Positions 51,801 to 63,903 of a stretch of DNA of 64,000 nt are shown here, one piece after another; within the stretch, counting starts at the first letter, position 1; each line of letters starts with the position of its first letter. The notes beneath the pieces are model-generated. The model saw only the letters and a program-made list of their open reading frames with translations. It was not told the DNA's origin and searched no databases. A program made the position numbers and the translations under genes. The stretch spans positions 1 through 64,000 of the forward strand of contig NIVC01000741.1 of assembly GCA_002269645.1 (NCBI GenBank), in the 5' to 3' direction. This DNA comes from Macrostomum lignano. Taxonomy: Eukaryota.

Positions 51801-53693
51801 CTACAATCTGTCTGACACAAACTACAATCTGTCTGACACAAACTACAATCTATCTGACACAAACTACAATCTGTCTGACACAAACTGAAATCTATCTGAC
51901 ACAAACTACAATCTGACACAAACTACCATTTGCTACAATCTATCTGACACAAACTACAATCTATCTGACACAAACTACAGTCTGTTTGACACAAACTACA
52001 ATCTATCTGACAAACTACAATCTGACACAAACTGAAATCCATCTGACACAAACTGAAATCTATCTGACACAAACTACCATCTGACACAAACTGAAATCTA
52101 TCTGACACAAACTGAAATCTATCTGACACAAACTACAATCTGACACAAACTACCATTTGCTACAATCTATCTGACACAAACTACAATCTATCTGACACAA
52201 ACTACAATCTGTCTGACACAAACTACAATCTGTCTGACACAAACTACAATCTATCTGACACAAACTACAATCTGTCTGACACAAACTGAAATCTATCTGA
52301 CACAGACTACTATTAGCCTGACAGAAACTACAATCTATCTGACACAAACTACAATCTGTCCGACACAAACTGAAATCCATCTGACACAAGCTGAAATCCA
52401 TCTGACACAAACTGAAATTCATCTGACACAAACTACAATCTATCTAACACAAACTGAAATCTATCTGACACAAACTACAATCTATCTGACACAAACTACA
52501 AACTATCGGACACAAACTGAAATCCATCTGACACAAACTACAATCTATCTGACACAAACTGAAATCCATCTGACACAAACTGAAATCCATCTGACACAAA
52601 CTGAAATCCATCTGACACAAACTGAAATCCATCTGACACAAACTGAAATCTATCTGACACAAACTACAATCTATCTGACACAAACTACAATCTATCTGAC
52701 ACAAACTACAATCTATCTGACACAAACTACAAACTATCGGACACAAACTGAAATCCATCTGACACAAACTACTATTTGCCTGACACAAACTACAATCTAT
52801 CTGACACAAACTACAATCTATCTGACACAAACTACAATCCATCTGACACAAACTGAAATCCATCTGACACAAACTGAAATCCATCTGACACAAACTGAAA
52901 TCCATCTGACACAAACCGAAATCTATCTGACACAAACTACAATCTATCTGACACAAACTACAATCCATCTGACACAAACTGAAATCCATCGGACACAAAC
53001 TGAAATCTATCTGACACAAACTGAAATCCATCTGACACAAACTGAAATCTATCTGACACAAACTACAATCTATCTGACACAAACTACAATCTATCGGACA
53101 CAAACTGAAATCCATCTGACACAAACTGAAATCCATCTGACACAAACTGAAATCCATCTGACACAAACTGAAATCTATCTGACACAAACTACAATCTATC
53201 TGACACAAACTACAATCTATCGGACACAAACTGAAATCCATCTGACACAAACTGAAATCCATCTGACACAAACTGAAATCCATCTGACACAAACTGAAAT
53301 CCATCTGACACAAACTGAAATCTATCTGACACAAACTACAATCTATCTGACACAAACTACAATCTATCGGACACAAACTGAAATCCATCTGACACAAACT
53401 GAAATCTATCTGACACAAACTGAAATCTATCTGACACAAACTGAAATCCATCTGACACAAACTCAAGTCCCAAGCCCGCACCTGTTCGGCACTGAGGACT
53501 CGGGCACGAGGCCGCTGCCGCACTGCGGGCAGACAGACGGCTGCGGGTCAGCGGGATCGAACTGCAAGCGGGTGTAGCAGCCGCTGCACAGGGTGTGGCC
53601 GCACTGGTTGACCCGCGGCTCCCGATAAACTCCGCGGCAGACGCGGCAGATCAGGTGAGCCGGGGGCGCGTGAGTGAAGAGGTGGCTGTTCAT
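45850..53693 (-). CDS. TRAF7: TRAF7-like E3 ligase (RING + TRAF zinc finger + coiled coil + WD40)
   Basis: Exons 53693-53482 (C3HC4 RING: CRVC..CGH..CSGC..CPQC), 50440-50292 (EELFVHC..DPNGC), 50124-49993 (HISSCEFRPAPCP), 48927-48380 (coiled coil, Ala-rich), 48271-47867, 47108-46788, 46137-45850 (WD40; RHRDSVTSISLLQDLLFTGSGDGWMKVF). The domain order matches TRAF7. Confidence 0.8.
46150..46776. repeat. G-rich minisatellite GGTGTGGGGCA/GGTGTGGGGTT
   Basis: TRAF7-like intron 6. Confidence 0.97.
47133..47708. repeat. ~60-bp minisatellite with palindromes GTCACGTGAC and CTATATATAG
   Basis: About 10 copies; TRAF7-like intron 5. Confidence 0.97.
49005..49932. repeat. 21-bp minisatellite GGTTGGTGTGGGGTAGTTTAT
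   Basis: TRAF7-like intron 3. Confidence 0.97.
50640..53462. repeat. 21-bp minisatellite TCTGACACAAACTACAATCTA
   Basis: TRAF7-like intron 1; the 5' plus-strand end is degenerate. Confidence 0.97.
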
Positions 53694-53892
53694 GGCTGCC
53701 GCTAGCTGGCGGAGGCTTCAAGCAAGGCTTCAAGCCAGTGCTGGGGATAAACATGATTAATAACCGCAGCAGGGATAATTTATAATGCACTTATGCAGCA
53801 GTATCATTTACTATGCCAAGAATCTACATTGCTTAGTGAGCTATTGCCATGAGCCCTATAGTGATACCTGACCGATTCCCCACGAGGCTACC

Positions 53893-54290
53893 AGAGCAAT
53901 TCCCCTGGAGGCCCAATGACACAACTGAGCAATTCCCCTGGAGGCCCAATGACACACCTGAGCAATTCCCCTGGAGGCCCAATGACACACCTGAGCAATT
54001 CCCCTGGAGGCCCAATGACACACCTGAGCAATTCCCCATGAGGCCCAATGACACACCTGAGCAATTCCCCATGAGGCCCAATGACACACCTGAGCAATTC
54101 CCCATGAGGCCCAATGACACACCTGAGCAATTCCCCATGAGGCCCAATGACACACCTGAGCAATTCCCCATGAGGCCCAATGACACACCTGAGCAATTCC
54201 CCATGAGGCCCAATGACACACCTGAGCAATTCCCCATGAGGCCCAATGACACACCTGAGCAATTGCCCATGAGGCCCAATGACATACCTG
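53893..54290. repeat. 33-bp minisatellite GAGGCCCAATGACACACCTGAGCAATTCCCCAT (CARHSP1-TRAF7 spacer)
   Basis: About 12 copies. Confidence 0.97.
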
Positions 54291-55332
54291 GGAAAATCCA
54301 CTGGAAACTCAGCGACGTTTCCAAATGGGCGCACCCAATGACCTAACACAGACTGCTTCTAGCTAATCAGGTAAAAAACGAAAAAAATAAAAGCCATCTA
54401 GGCAGACAACATTTTGTCAGAATTGAATATCAGACGAAGTCAACAACACAATCCGGCCTCCGCAACCTGAAGTGCTGAACTGCGCCAACGCATATTTTAG
54501 CTTCTCTTGTCATCAGGAGAGGCTGCACAGTTTATCGATGTTGAATTTACAGGCCAAGCATTGCTTTCAGAAGATAGAGAGAGATAATGTCAATTGTAAC
54601 ACTCGGTTCGGTTTGCGAGTTGATCGGGTGGGAGGTCATGTAAGAATGAAATTCAAATACGGAACACACTGCAGAGGTGAAAATTCATCATTTATAGCAA
54701 AACTGCATCAAGGACAGGAAAATGAGAGGAAATTTTATGACAACTATTGACATTAATTTAATACAGCTTAATACAAAAATTACAACAAAAAAATAAATTA
54801 TTCAGCGCACAAGCTCGCCTAACTACTAACAACAGTTTTCAGTAGCATAGTAAACATCTTGTATTAGTGTCAGATGGGGCACTTGGTGGTTTTTTGTAGT
54901 TATTTGTAGTTTGAAATAGATTAGCAATCCAGTCCATTATTAAGTAATTAGTGGTGTAGATTATCAATACATTTTGAAATAAAAAAGTACATCTGGCTCT
55001 GTTTGATAAAACGGCAGAGCGCTTAACAAGGGTCAAGTTTATATTGCAATGCCACAATTGTTGGAATGAAATTACTATTTTAGATATTTTTAACTATAAA
55101 ACTATTTTCAAGCCACAAGTTGCGAATTGAGAAGTGAACAGGGCAGGGGACAATGCTTTAATAACATAACATTAATTGAGAGAAGGGATTCCAATTGACA
55201 AACTGTCCATCCCTCACAAAAGAAAATTTGCCTGGCCTTCCAAGCACTGTCAAGCATAACATTGAATCACGGTGCAGCGCTAAGCAGAGTTGAGATGAGG
55301 ACAGGTTTACAAAATCAACACGGGCCAAGATC

Positions 55333-57561
55333 TCAGCGCTCCTCAGGCTCAGACCATTTATGATGCTTCACATTGGGCGCCAGGTGAACAATGCGCACGT
55401 GAACCGCCTGGTATTTTTCGTTCTTCGGCGGCACCAAAATCATCTTGTACTCAACTTCGTCTCCGGGCATCGGCACGAACTCCTCCTCGATGTCGGAGAT
55501 GTGCACGAATAGGGCGGTCTTGCTGTCGCCCTCGGATGGCACGATGAACCCGTGGCCCTGCAGTGCGCGAGGGGGGCGCCACTGCAGAGTTGCTATTTAG
55601 GGCAATGTCTAGGGGGGGATTCTTAAGGACAATGTCTGGTGACGACTCTTGAGGACAACGTCTGGTGGCGATTCTTGAGGGCAATTTCTGGTGGCGATTC
55701 TTGAGGACATGTCTGGTGGCGATTGTTAAGGACAATGTCTGGTGACGATGATTCTTGAGGACAATGTCTGGTGGCGATTATTGAGGACAATGTCTGGTGG
55801 CGATTATTGAGGACAATGTCTGGTGGCGATTATTGAGGACAATGTCTGGTGGCGATTCTTGAGAACAATGTCTAGGGGCGATTATTGAGGACAATGTCTG
55901 GTGGCGATTCTTGAGGACAACGTCTGGTGACGATTATTGAGGACAATGTCTGGTGGCGATTCTTGAAAACAATGTCTAGGGGCGATTATTGAGGACAATG
56001 TCTGGTGGCGATTGTTGAGGACAATGTCTGGTGGCGATTATTGAGGACAATGTCTGGTGGCGATTCTTGAGGACAATGTCTGGTGGCGATTCTTGAGAAC
56101 AATGTCTAGGGCGATTATTGAGGACAATGACTGGTGGCGATTGTTGAGGACAATGTCTGGTGACGATTCTTGAGGACAATGTCTGGTGGCGATTATTGAG
56201 GACAATGTCTAGTGGCGATTATTGAGAACAATGTCTGGTGGCGATTATTGAGGACAATGTCTAGTGGCGATTATTGAGAACAATGTCTGGTGGCGATTCT
56301 TGAGAACAATGTCTGGTGGCGATTCTTGAGGACAATGTCTGGTGGCGATTATTGAGGACAATGTCTGGGGGGATTCTTGAGAACAATCTCTAGGGGCGAT
56401 TATTGAGGACAATGTCTGGTGGCGATTATTGAGGTCAATGTCTGGTGGCGATTCTTGAGGACAATGTCTGGGGGCGATTATTGAGGACAATGCCTGGTGA
56501 CGATTTTTGAGGACAATGTCTGGTGGCGATTCTTGAGGACAATGTCTGGGGGGATTCTTGAGAACAATCTCTAGGGGCGATTATTGAGGACAATGTCTGG
56601 TGGCGATTATTGAGGACAATGTCTGGTGGCGATTCTTGAGAACAATGTCTAGTGGCGATTATTGAGGACAATGTCTGGTGGCGATTATTGAGGACAATGT
56701 CTGGTGGCGATTCTTGAGAACAATGTCTAGTGGCGATTATTGAGGACAATGTCTAGTGGCGATTCTTGAGGACAATGTCTGGTGGCGATTCTTGAGGACA
56801 ATGTCTGGTGGCGATTATTGAGGACAATGTCTGGGGGGATTCTTGAGAACAATCTCTAGGGGCGATTATTGAGGACAATGCCTGGTGACGATTTTTGAGG
56901 ACAATGTCTGGTGGCGATTCTTGAGGACAATGTCTGGGGGGATTCTTGAGAACAATCTCTAGGGGCGATTATTGAGGACAATGTCTGGTGGCGATTATTG
57001 AGGACAATGTCTGGTGGCGATTCTTGAGAACAATGTCTAGTGGCGATTATTGAGGACAATGTCTGGTGGCGATTATTGAGGACAATGTCTGGTGGCGATT
57101 CTTGAGAACAATGTCTAGTGGCGATTATTGAGGACAATGTTTAGTGGCGATTCTTGAGGACAATGTCTGGTGACGATTCTTGAGGACAATGTCTGGGGGC
57201 GATTCTTGAGGACAATGCCTGGTGACGATTTTTGAGGACAATGTCTGGTGGCGATTCTTGAGGACAATGTCTGGTGACGATTCTTGAGGACAATGTCTGG
57301 GGGCGATTCTCTAGGCCAATGTCTCTGGACTGGAAATCGGGTTAGATTAAGCCACAAGAATTAACCTACCTTATTCCTGCAGAATTCGCGAACTACACCG
57401 CGAAAAGTCGGGCCCAGTCGGGCTCGTTCACTCTGAGACAGGGTCCTGTTGCGCCTGGTGACAATGGGGCTGGGCAGCGAGAACTGCCGATCTGTGGCGC
57501 CGCTGGGGCTGCCAACTGGGGGCTGCTGCTGGGCCGGCTTCTCTTTATGGCTGTTTGACAT
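55333..57561 (-). CDS. CARHSP1: Cold-shock domain protein CARHSP1/CSDC2-like
   Basis: Exons 57561-57370 (LPSPIVTRRNRTLS..GVVREFCRNK) and 55557-55333 (GHGFI..LFVHISDIEEEFVP..GDEVEYK..PPKNEKYQAV), phase 0. Confidence 0.92.
55598..57312. repeat. 26-bp minisatellite GAGGACAATGTCTGGTGGCGATTATT
   Basis: CARHSP1 intron; internal IR GACA-A-TGTC. Confidence 0.97.
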
Positions 57562-59439
57562 TTTTCTGACTGCTCCTGCCGCTTGTTTCTTTTAAATATT
57601 TTATGACTGAGATGGTATGTGAAACATGCAATGTTATTAGATGTTATACTTATATTTTTTAATTATATACTGTTCTATTTTTACAGTCCATGTTGTCTTT
57701 GCTTTTGATGGTATTTCTTAGTTTTTTTGCAAACTTTCTTTTTTCTTATATTTTTAAGGCCAATACCCACTATGTGCCAGGCAGTACTTGCACACCTATT
57801 ACGTATTGCCTTGATAGACTTATTCCAACAGGGCACCCCAATAGACTGTCTTCTAATTGTACTTCAAGTTAGCATCAGAAATGAAAGTCTGAGATGTTTA
57901 TCTGCTAACACAATTCTTGTCACTTGTACCACCTCAGGGTTATCATCTCAAAGTTATTGCAGGTAGCATAGGTAAAGTAAGAAAGAAGTGACTTTAAAAC
58001 AATGAGATGTACAAGTTGCCAAAAAAGTCATTTGAGTCAACTTAAGACATTTTATTATTTGCAATTCTGCAATGACTCTAGAATAGTCAACAATTTTTTG
58101 TGATATATACTTTCATATAGACCCTAAAAAGTATTTTTGGAACAAAATGATCACAGAGCCTTATGAGAAAAATACATTACAAAGCAAACAAATGTTTTAA
58201 AAAATGACACATTAAAAACATTATAACTTATTATTATTTGACCACATTTTACAAATGAAGTATCAAAATACTTATGTCACAAAGTTCTAAAATATCAAAA
58301 AGAGAAATAAAAAAATTGGCAATCCCACACTTTTGTTGAATAAATTATTTTGACTTTAGAAACTCCTCAATATGGGCATTGAATAGAGAATTGCTTATGC
58401 CATAGATAATTGCATGTTATAAAAATTTTATTTTATTTGAAATGTGCCTAGGTGCCTTTACACTTAATGACTAATTTAGACCATAGACTAATGCTATGTC
58501 AAAGCCATGTCAACCACATTCTCTCTTGGGCTCAAACCATAGACTAGACCTATGCCATGTTAGTCTTATATTATACTGAGATATACATTTGTTAGTGTTT
58601 GTTTTATTATGGATAAGAATTCTGATATGCTGCTAAACACAAATTTGAAGTCAAAATAATTTATCAAATGAAAGTATAAAATTGCCAAAAATCCAAAACT
58701 TTAAAACTTCAAAATTTTATTTTTTTGTAATATGCTATAAAGACAATAGCAATTAGGGCCTAACTTTATAATTATATTGAACTATCTGTCTATCTTGTAA
58801 CAAAATATCACTATCTAGTATTGAAATATTTAATGCTTAATGTTTGCTTACAAAACCTAGCCCCAGATGGTCACACATTGTTGGATAGGCCTAAGGCTAA
58901 GCATATGCATTAATTATAATATAAACCTTATTCAGATTCAGTATTATATTATATTTTAGTATATGCTAAAAATTACCTAAAAATAGAATAAGTAATATAC
59001 ATGCACAATAGTCAGCCAAGTTGGCTGATCTAGCCGACTAATTTGGTAGCCAACCAAGGTAAGTTTCAAAAATGCCCACCCAAATAAATACCTAAGTAGT
59101 ACTAAGTAGATAATGAGGCATTTTGCCTTAATAAGACAGTCATAGTTACTCCCGCCATTTATCTAAAGTTGCATTAATTTTGCTTTAGGGTTTCTTTTAT
59201 ATGTAAGTTGCATTTTTGTTAAAACTAATTTGTATGGCTGACCAAATTTTGGAGGTTGTGCATGTATAATTAATAAGTAATTAATTATTTACTTATTAAT
59301 TATTAATTATTAATTAATAAATAATTTATAATAAATTTAATTTTGTTTGTTTTATAATTTAACTTAATATAATTTAATATAATATAATATAATATAATTT
59401 TCAATTATAAACCAGGTAGGCCCTATATTAGGCAAATGC

Positions 59440-59980
59440 ACTAGTATACCAGGTTGTGTTTACCAGGTTAGGCCTATATCCAGTGCACCAGTGGATGTTC
59501 CCTTTTTTTAAACTCTCAGGGTATTGTATTGGTGAACATTCTTCCAGTGGGTGCCACAGTGGCTGCCAGGTACTACACAGACACTGTTTTGCCAAGTGTG
59601 CTATAGGAATACTAAGAACATGCGCAAACTAGGTATGGACCTTGACTCTTACTACACAATGACAATGTGGAACCACACAGAGTGGCCTCAACCATGGCAT
59701 ACTTGGAGCAGCAAATGGTCCAGCTGCTGCCCCATCTAGCCTACTCTCCAGACCTAGCACCCTGTGACTTTTGGCAGTTCCCAAGGATCAAATCCATCAT
59801 CATTTTAGCCATCTAGGAGGCCGTTTTTATGTATACAAGACCTTGCCCAAGTGCCAAGTGGTACATTCAGCTCTATAGGGTATACCAACTTCAGAGTAGG
59901 CCCTACCATAACTGCTTTAAGACATAGTGCACACATATGCGACGATGGTGGAAAGTAGGCCTATCTTGAACATTTCCCAA
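59440..59980 (+). mobile_element. Degenerate mariner transposase (C-terminal half)
   Basis: ..FFNSQGIVL..TVAARYYTDTVL..LLLHNDNVEPH..LPHLAYSPDLAPCDFWQFPRIK, with in-frame stops and frameshifts. YSPDLAP is the mariner hallmark motif. Confidence 0.85.
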
Positions 59981-60369
59981 TATCAACCACTCGTTAAAAA
60001 AATAAAATGTTTCTGCTATATTATACCCATAAATTGCACTACTGGAATATCACTACAGGATCCAGAGCCGTTAGAAATGGGTTCCGGTGCCGGAACTCTA
60101 GCCATTGCCAAAAACTATGCCTGAAGACGACAAGACGTTGAATTTAAACTCTCGACACTATTTAAAAAAATGATATTGATATGCTAAGCATGATGTTGAT
60201 ATGCTATTGAGATATGATGTTAGGCATAATGTTAAGCGGAAGCCTAATATATAAAGTAAGTTCTGTTCTGAATCTTTCAGAATAAGTATACATGTACGTC
60301 TCATTCTCAAACTAAATTGTGACAGTGTGATTCGTAGAATCGCGTGTATCGTATTTCTTTATTTTCATA

Positions 60370-60749
60370 GGGTCTCCCTAAAACACGCCCCGCACCGCCC
60401 TGCAGCGCTACACATTAAAACAAATTGGACTGTAACTGAAGACACTTCAAAATGCGTTTTCTGTTAAGCTTTAAAGTTTTTATTAAATTTAGTTTTTTTT
60501 ACTATGAAATATAAAATTCGGTGAATAATAAGTGATATTAATAATAATATTATTAAAATAATAATAATATAATTTAATAATGAAAACAAGAATATAAAAA
60601 ATATTAATAATATTGATGATAATAATTAAAGATATTTATTCCGTTACTCTTACAACAAATAGTTTTCTTTGGAATTAAATACTGCATTGACAAAAAAGTT
60701 ATAATGTGTAGCGGTTCGGGGCGGTGCGGTGCGTGTTTTAGGGAGACCC
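60370..60749. mobile_element. Mutator-like MITE (380 bp)
   Basis: ~48-bp imperfect TIRs GGGTCTCCCTAAAACACGC... / ...GCGTGTTTTAGGGAGACCC, a perfect 9-bp TSD ATTTTCATA (60361-60369, 60750-60758), and an AT-rich interior. Confidence 0.9.
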
Positions 60750-63035
60750 ATTTTCATATGCATACCGTATTCTTTCATTTATTTTAACAATATTCGTACG
60801 TATTATTATCGCGCTATTTTTACTGTTAATTGCTTTGTTTTTTGTAGCCTCTTATGTATTTATTCTATTATTTGTATTTCATTCATATCGTTATTATTTA
60901 TCGTAAAGTAGTCCTACCTATGTACATGTGCTGACGTATGTTATTCTTGTATGTTATATTTATCGATTAATTTGTACATGTACATTTCACCTGAGTGGGG
61001 TTTGTCTGGTTTTTGGATTAAGCTTGTTGTTATCTTGTTTACTCACCAATTATAAAAATACACTTGCAGTCAGCGGCCGCTCTCTCCTTTTGCTTCGTCG
61101 CTTCGCTTCTCGCTCTAAGCTTGCGGGTCCCTTAGCTGTCTGGCCCCTTTACCTTAACCCTCTACCGCCTGCCTCAGCCCACCCACCAGTCAACTGAATC
61201 CTGACCGGCCCTTGCTAGGCGCATCAAATTAAGTACCAAACCAAACATACTAAATCTGCAATTTCACGCTAAGGATAAAATCGGCTGCTGATCTGCTGGA
61301 TCGTAGACTAATCCCAATTATCCGCTACACAAAGTCTTCCGCTTTATTCGTCACAAAATCATCCGCGACGCCATTCCAAGATATCGTCATGCCTTGCTAT
61401 GGCGTTTAAAAGTAAGGTAACAGTAAAAGTAAGGCAACGTTAAAGACTGCATCAGTGTTAACAAGTAAATAGTACTTTTTAGGAAGTTATAAAATGTATA
61501 GTAAATTTTCTTTATATATAAATTAAATTTTTATTTCTATAAAAAATGTAGTAAAACCTAGACATAAATATCGATGCATATGTTGTCCAATCCGGCGCTG
61601 CGACTGCGGCATTGCATAAAAAGCTTTATATAAGGCCTGACTGCAAATTCAATGACTTCTTCGTTGGTTTTGTCTCGCATAGAGGCGCCTAACCGCAGTA
61701 CCCCTGTGAAACTTGTCTCTGCCTGGCTGAAAGCTTGTAATGAGTGAGTAGGCTGGGTTGGAGGGTAATAGTGGATCGGGGAGGGCTGTGGGTGCTGTAT
61801 AGGAAGGCAGGCCTATACCTGTTCCAGTTGGTGCTTTGACGGTCTCCCTCAAGTGCCCTCTGAGCGAACAGCCATCGACCCTATTAAAGCTGGAGTGTGC
61901 CAAAACCAAGGCTGAGTCTGAGCAGGACGAGACCGTTGGCACGGTCACAATAGAAATGGTGGGTTGGCGAAGCAAAGGGTGAAATAGTCCCGGCGATTAG
62001 CCCTCCTGCCGCTTCAAAGATAAGAGACTGTCTGGCAAGAGTACCCGGGGTTTAGTTGGGGGGGAGGCTCCTCGGGGTTGCCACGGCCGTGGGGGCGGTC
62101 ATTCGACCGGTTTTTTGGCTTTTCTAACCCTGGAGAAGGCACGGGCTTCCCTGAATGGTTCACTCAACCCCCTCTGGCCTCGGGGAGGTTTTTGATTTGT
62201 ACCCGGGGGTGGTGGGCGGTCGGCCCCAGCCTGGATGCCACGGCTCTCGGCCTTCGGGCCAACCCTAATAGGCTAGGGGTGTCAAACCTGGATTTTTGGG
62301 CACGGGCTCCCTGACTGGTTCGTCGAACCGCTGTCACTGTCCCCCGGGAAGGTTTTGATTTGTGATTTGTTACTTGCCCTTTACACAGTACTCTCTCTAG
62401 CTTACGAACCTAGTGTACATACGTACACTCCCAACTTGGAACTTATATCTTTCTAGTGGCGTAAGAGCCTTATTCAATAGGCTGAGGCGCCGAGATTACT
62501 TATTTAGTTAGTTAGTCAATGACTTCTTCAACCATGGCATACTTGGAGCAGTACTGGATTCGTCCTCGCATTCAGAGCCATAGCTGCTGAAGCTGCCAAT
62601 TTGTCAATATTCCGGAAAAGGACGAGTTAAGGAGACTAAATAATTTTTGCTAGTCCCGGTGTTAGAGTTTTTAATATCTCCGCGTTTTAGGGTCTCCGGC
62701 CCGGAGATCACAAACTGAAAATTGTGTCATTTTAAGATCGCCCACACGGAGATCGGAAACCATAACATAAGATAGAGTTACAGGTCTCCGCCGTGTTAGG
62801 ATCTCCGCGGTTCTTTTCTATATGAAAATTATAGCTACTTCTATGTACATCGAGATTGGCACCCCAAAGTGTGAGCAGTCTTGCGTAACTTTCAATAGGC
62901 TTTGCACATTTTGGAGATCAGCTTTGTACTCATATTTTATGGGTGGCGGGAAGCGCTGTAAACATTTATATTGGGCAGATGATAAGAAAGGTTTGTGCTG
63001 TGTGATTTTCGTCGATTTCTGCATTTCAAAGCTTG

Positions 63036-63903
63036 ATGGCTTCGCTCAATCAAATATTTTTCTACGTCCTAAGCAATGAATATACGCAGCCGTAGGGATT
63101 CCAATCCTCCTAGCCTGTAGCCTGGATCCCGGGATTGGGGCCAAGAATCCGGGATTTGAATCCCGGGATTTTTTTGGGAATCGAATCCCGGGATTTTTAA
63201 TCCCGGGATTGCAAAAGCACCGGGATTCCGGGATTTTGAATCCCGGGATTTCAACAGCATCGGGATTTCGGGACTATTCAATCCCGGGATTGTAAAATGT
63301 CGGGATTTTGGAATCCCTATACGCAGGTACCAGCCAGATTGGACGCCAAAGATAAGGCCAACTTAAAAAGACGTATTAGAGAAAAGAGCAAGCGTTTCTC
63401 CATCCATGACGGAGCGCTTTACTACAGGGTGACTAATAAGGACGACAGTCAGCGAATGCGGCCTGAAGACCATCGCAGAGTACTTTTCACAGAGGAAGAG
63501 GTACGGGATAAGATCCGCACCTTCACTCGCAAGGAAGTCACGTGGGTGTCAACAGCACAGTGAGCCTTTTTACTGCACGATACTATGCTGACATCCCCGT
63601 CGCACCGATTGCCAAGGCAGTGGTCGAGTCTTGTGACAGGTGCGAGCTGGTCACACCGTGGGAGCAGCTGGGGTTCAGGATCTGAAGCGAGGGGACAGAG
63701 TTAGGCTTCGCAATCTTCGCAGGGACGATCGGAAGGGTGGTAAGATGCGATACACTTTGAGTCAGCAAGTCTACATCGTGACCAGGTGTCTTGGTCAAAA
63801 CGTGTACAGGCTAGGAGGACTAACCAGGTGTGTCAATGGGAAACACCTCAAGAGATGCTTCCTCCAAGCACCGGCTGAAAGTGCATCACCGGTTTTTCAC
63901 TAA
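63036..63903 (+). mobile_element. Ginger/GIN-like integrase relic lacking the DDE core, interrupted by a MITE
   Basis: ATG at 63036 reads MASLNQIFFYVLSNEYTQ|VPARLD..KRFSIHDGALYYR once the insert is removed. Then H2C2 (HSQGSHVGVNST..CDRC), then directly the C-terminal module LKRGDRVRLRNLRRDDRKGGK..VYRL..NGKHLKRC. Confidence 0.7.
63090..63317. mobile_element. MITE built from AATCCCGGGATT palindromes (hAT-like ends)
   Basis: Ends TAGGGATTCCA...TGGAATCCCTA, many ATCCCGGGAT palindromes, and a flanking direct repeat TATACGCAG (63081-63089, 63318-63326). Confidence 0.8.

Noticed and set aside
50796-53523. Cys-rich (CQIDCSL)n ORFs resembling metallothionein or keratin-associated proteins
   Set aside because: A 21-bp intronic array; frames break repeatedly and the TRAF7-like exons splice around it.
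59505-59522. Apparent splice acceptor (T-run..CTCAG|G) before the mariner frame
   Set aside because: It translates as the transposase motif FFNSQGIV, so it is coding relic rather than an intron end.
60930-61260. Possible solo LTR (TATAAAA followed by a pyrimidine-rich tract)
   Set aside because: No second copy, TSD, PBS or PPT could be identified.
62138-62363. Hammerhead or HDV ribozyme
   Set aside because: The required CUGANGA and GAAA cores were not found on either strand.
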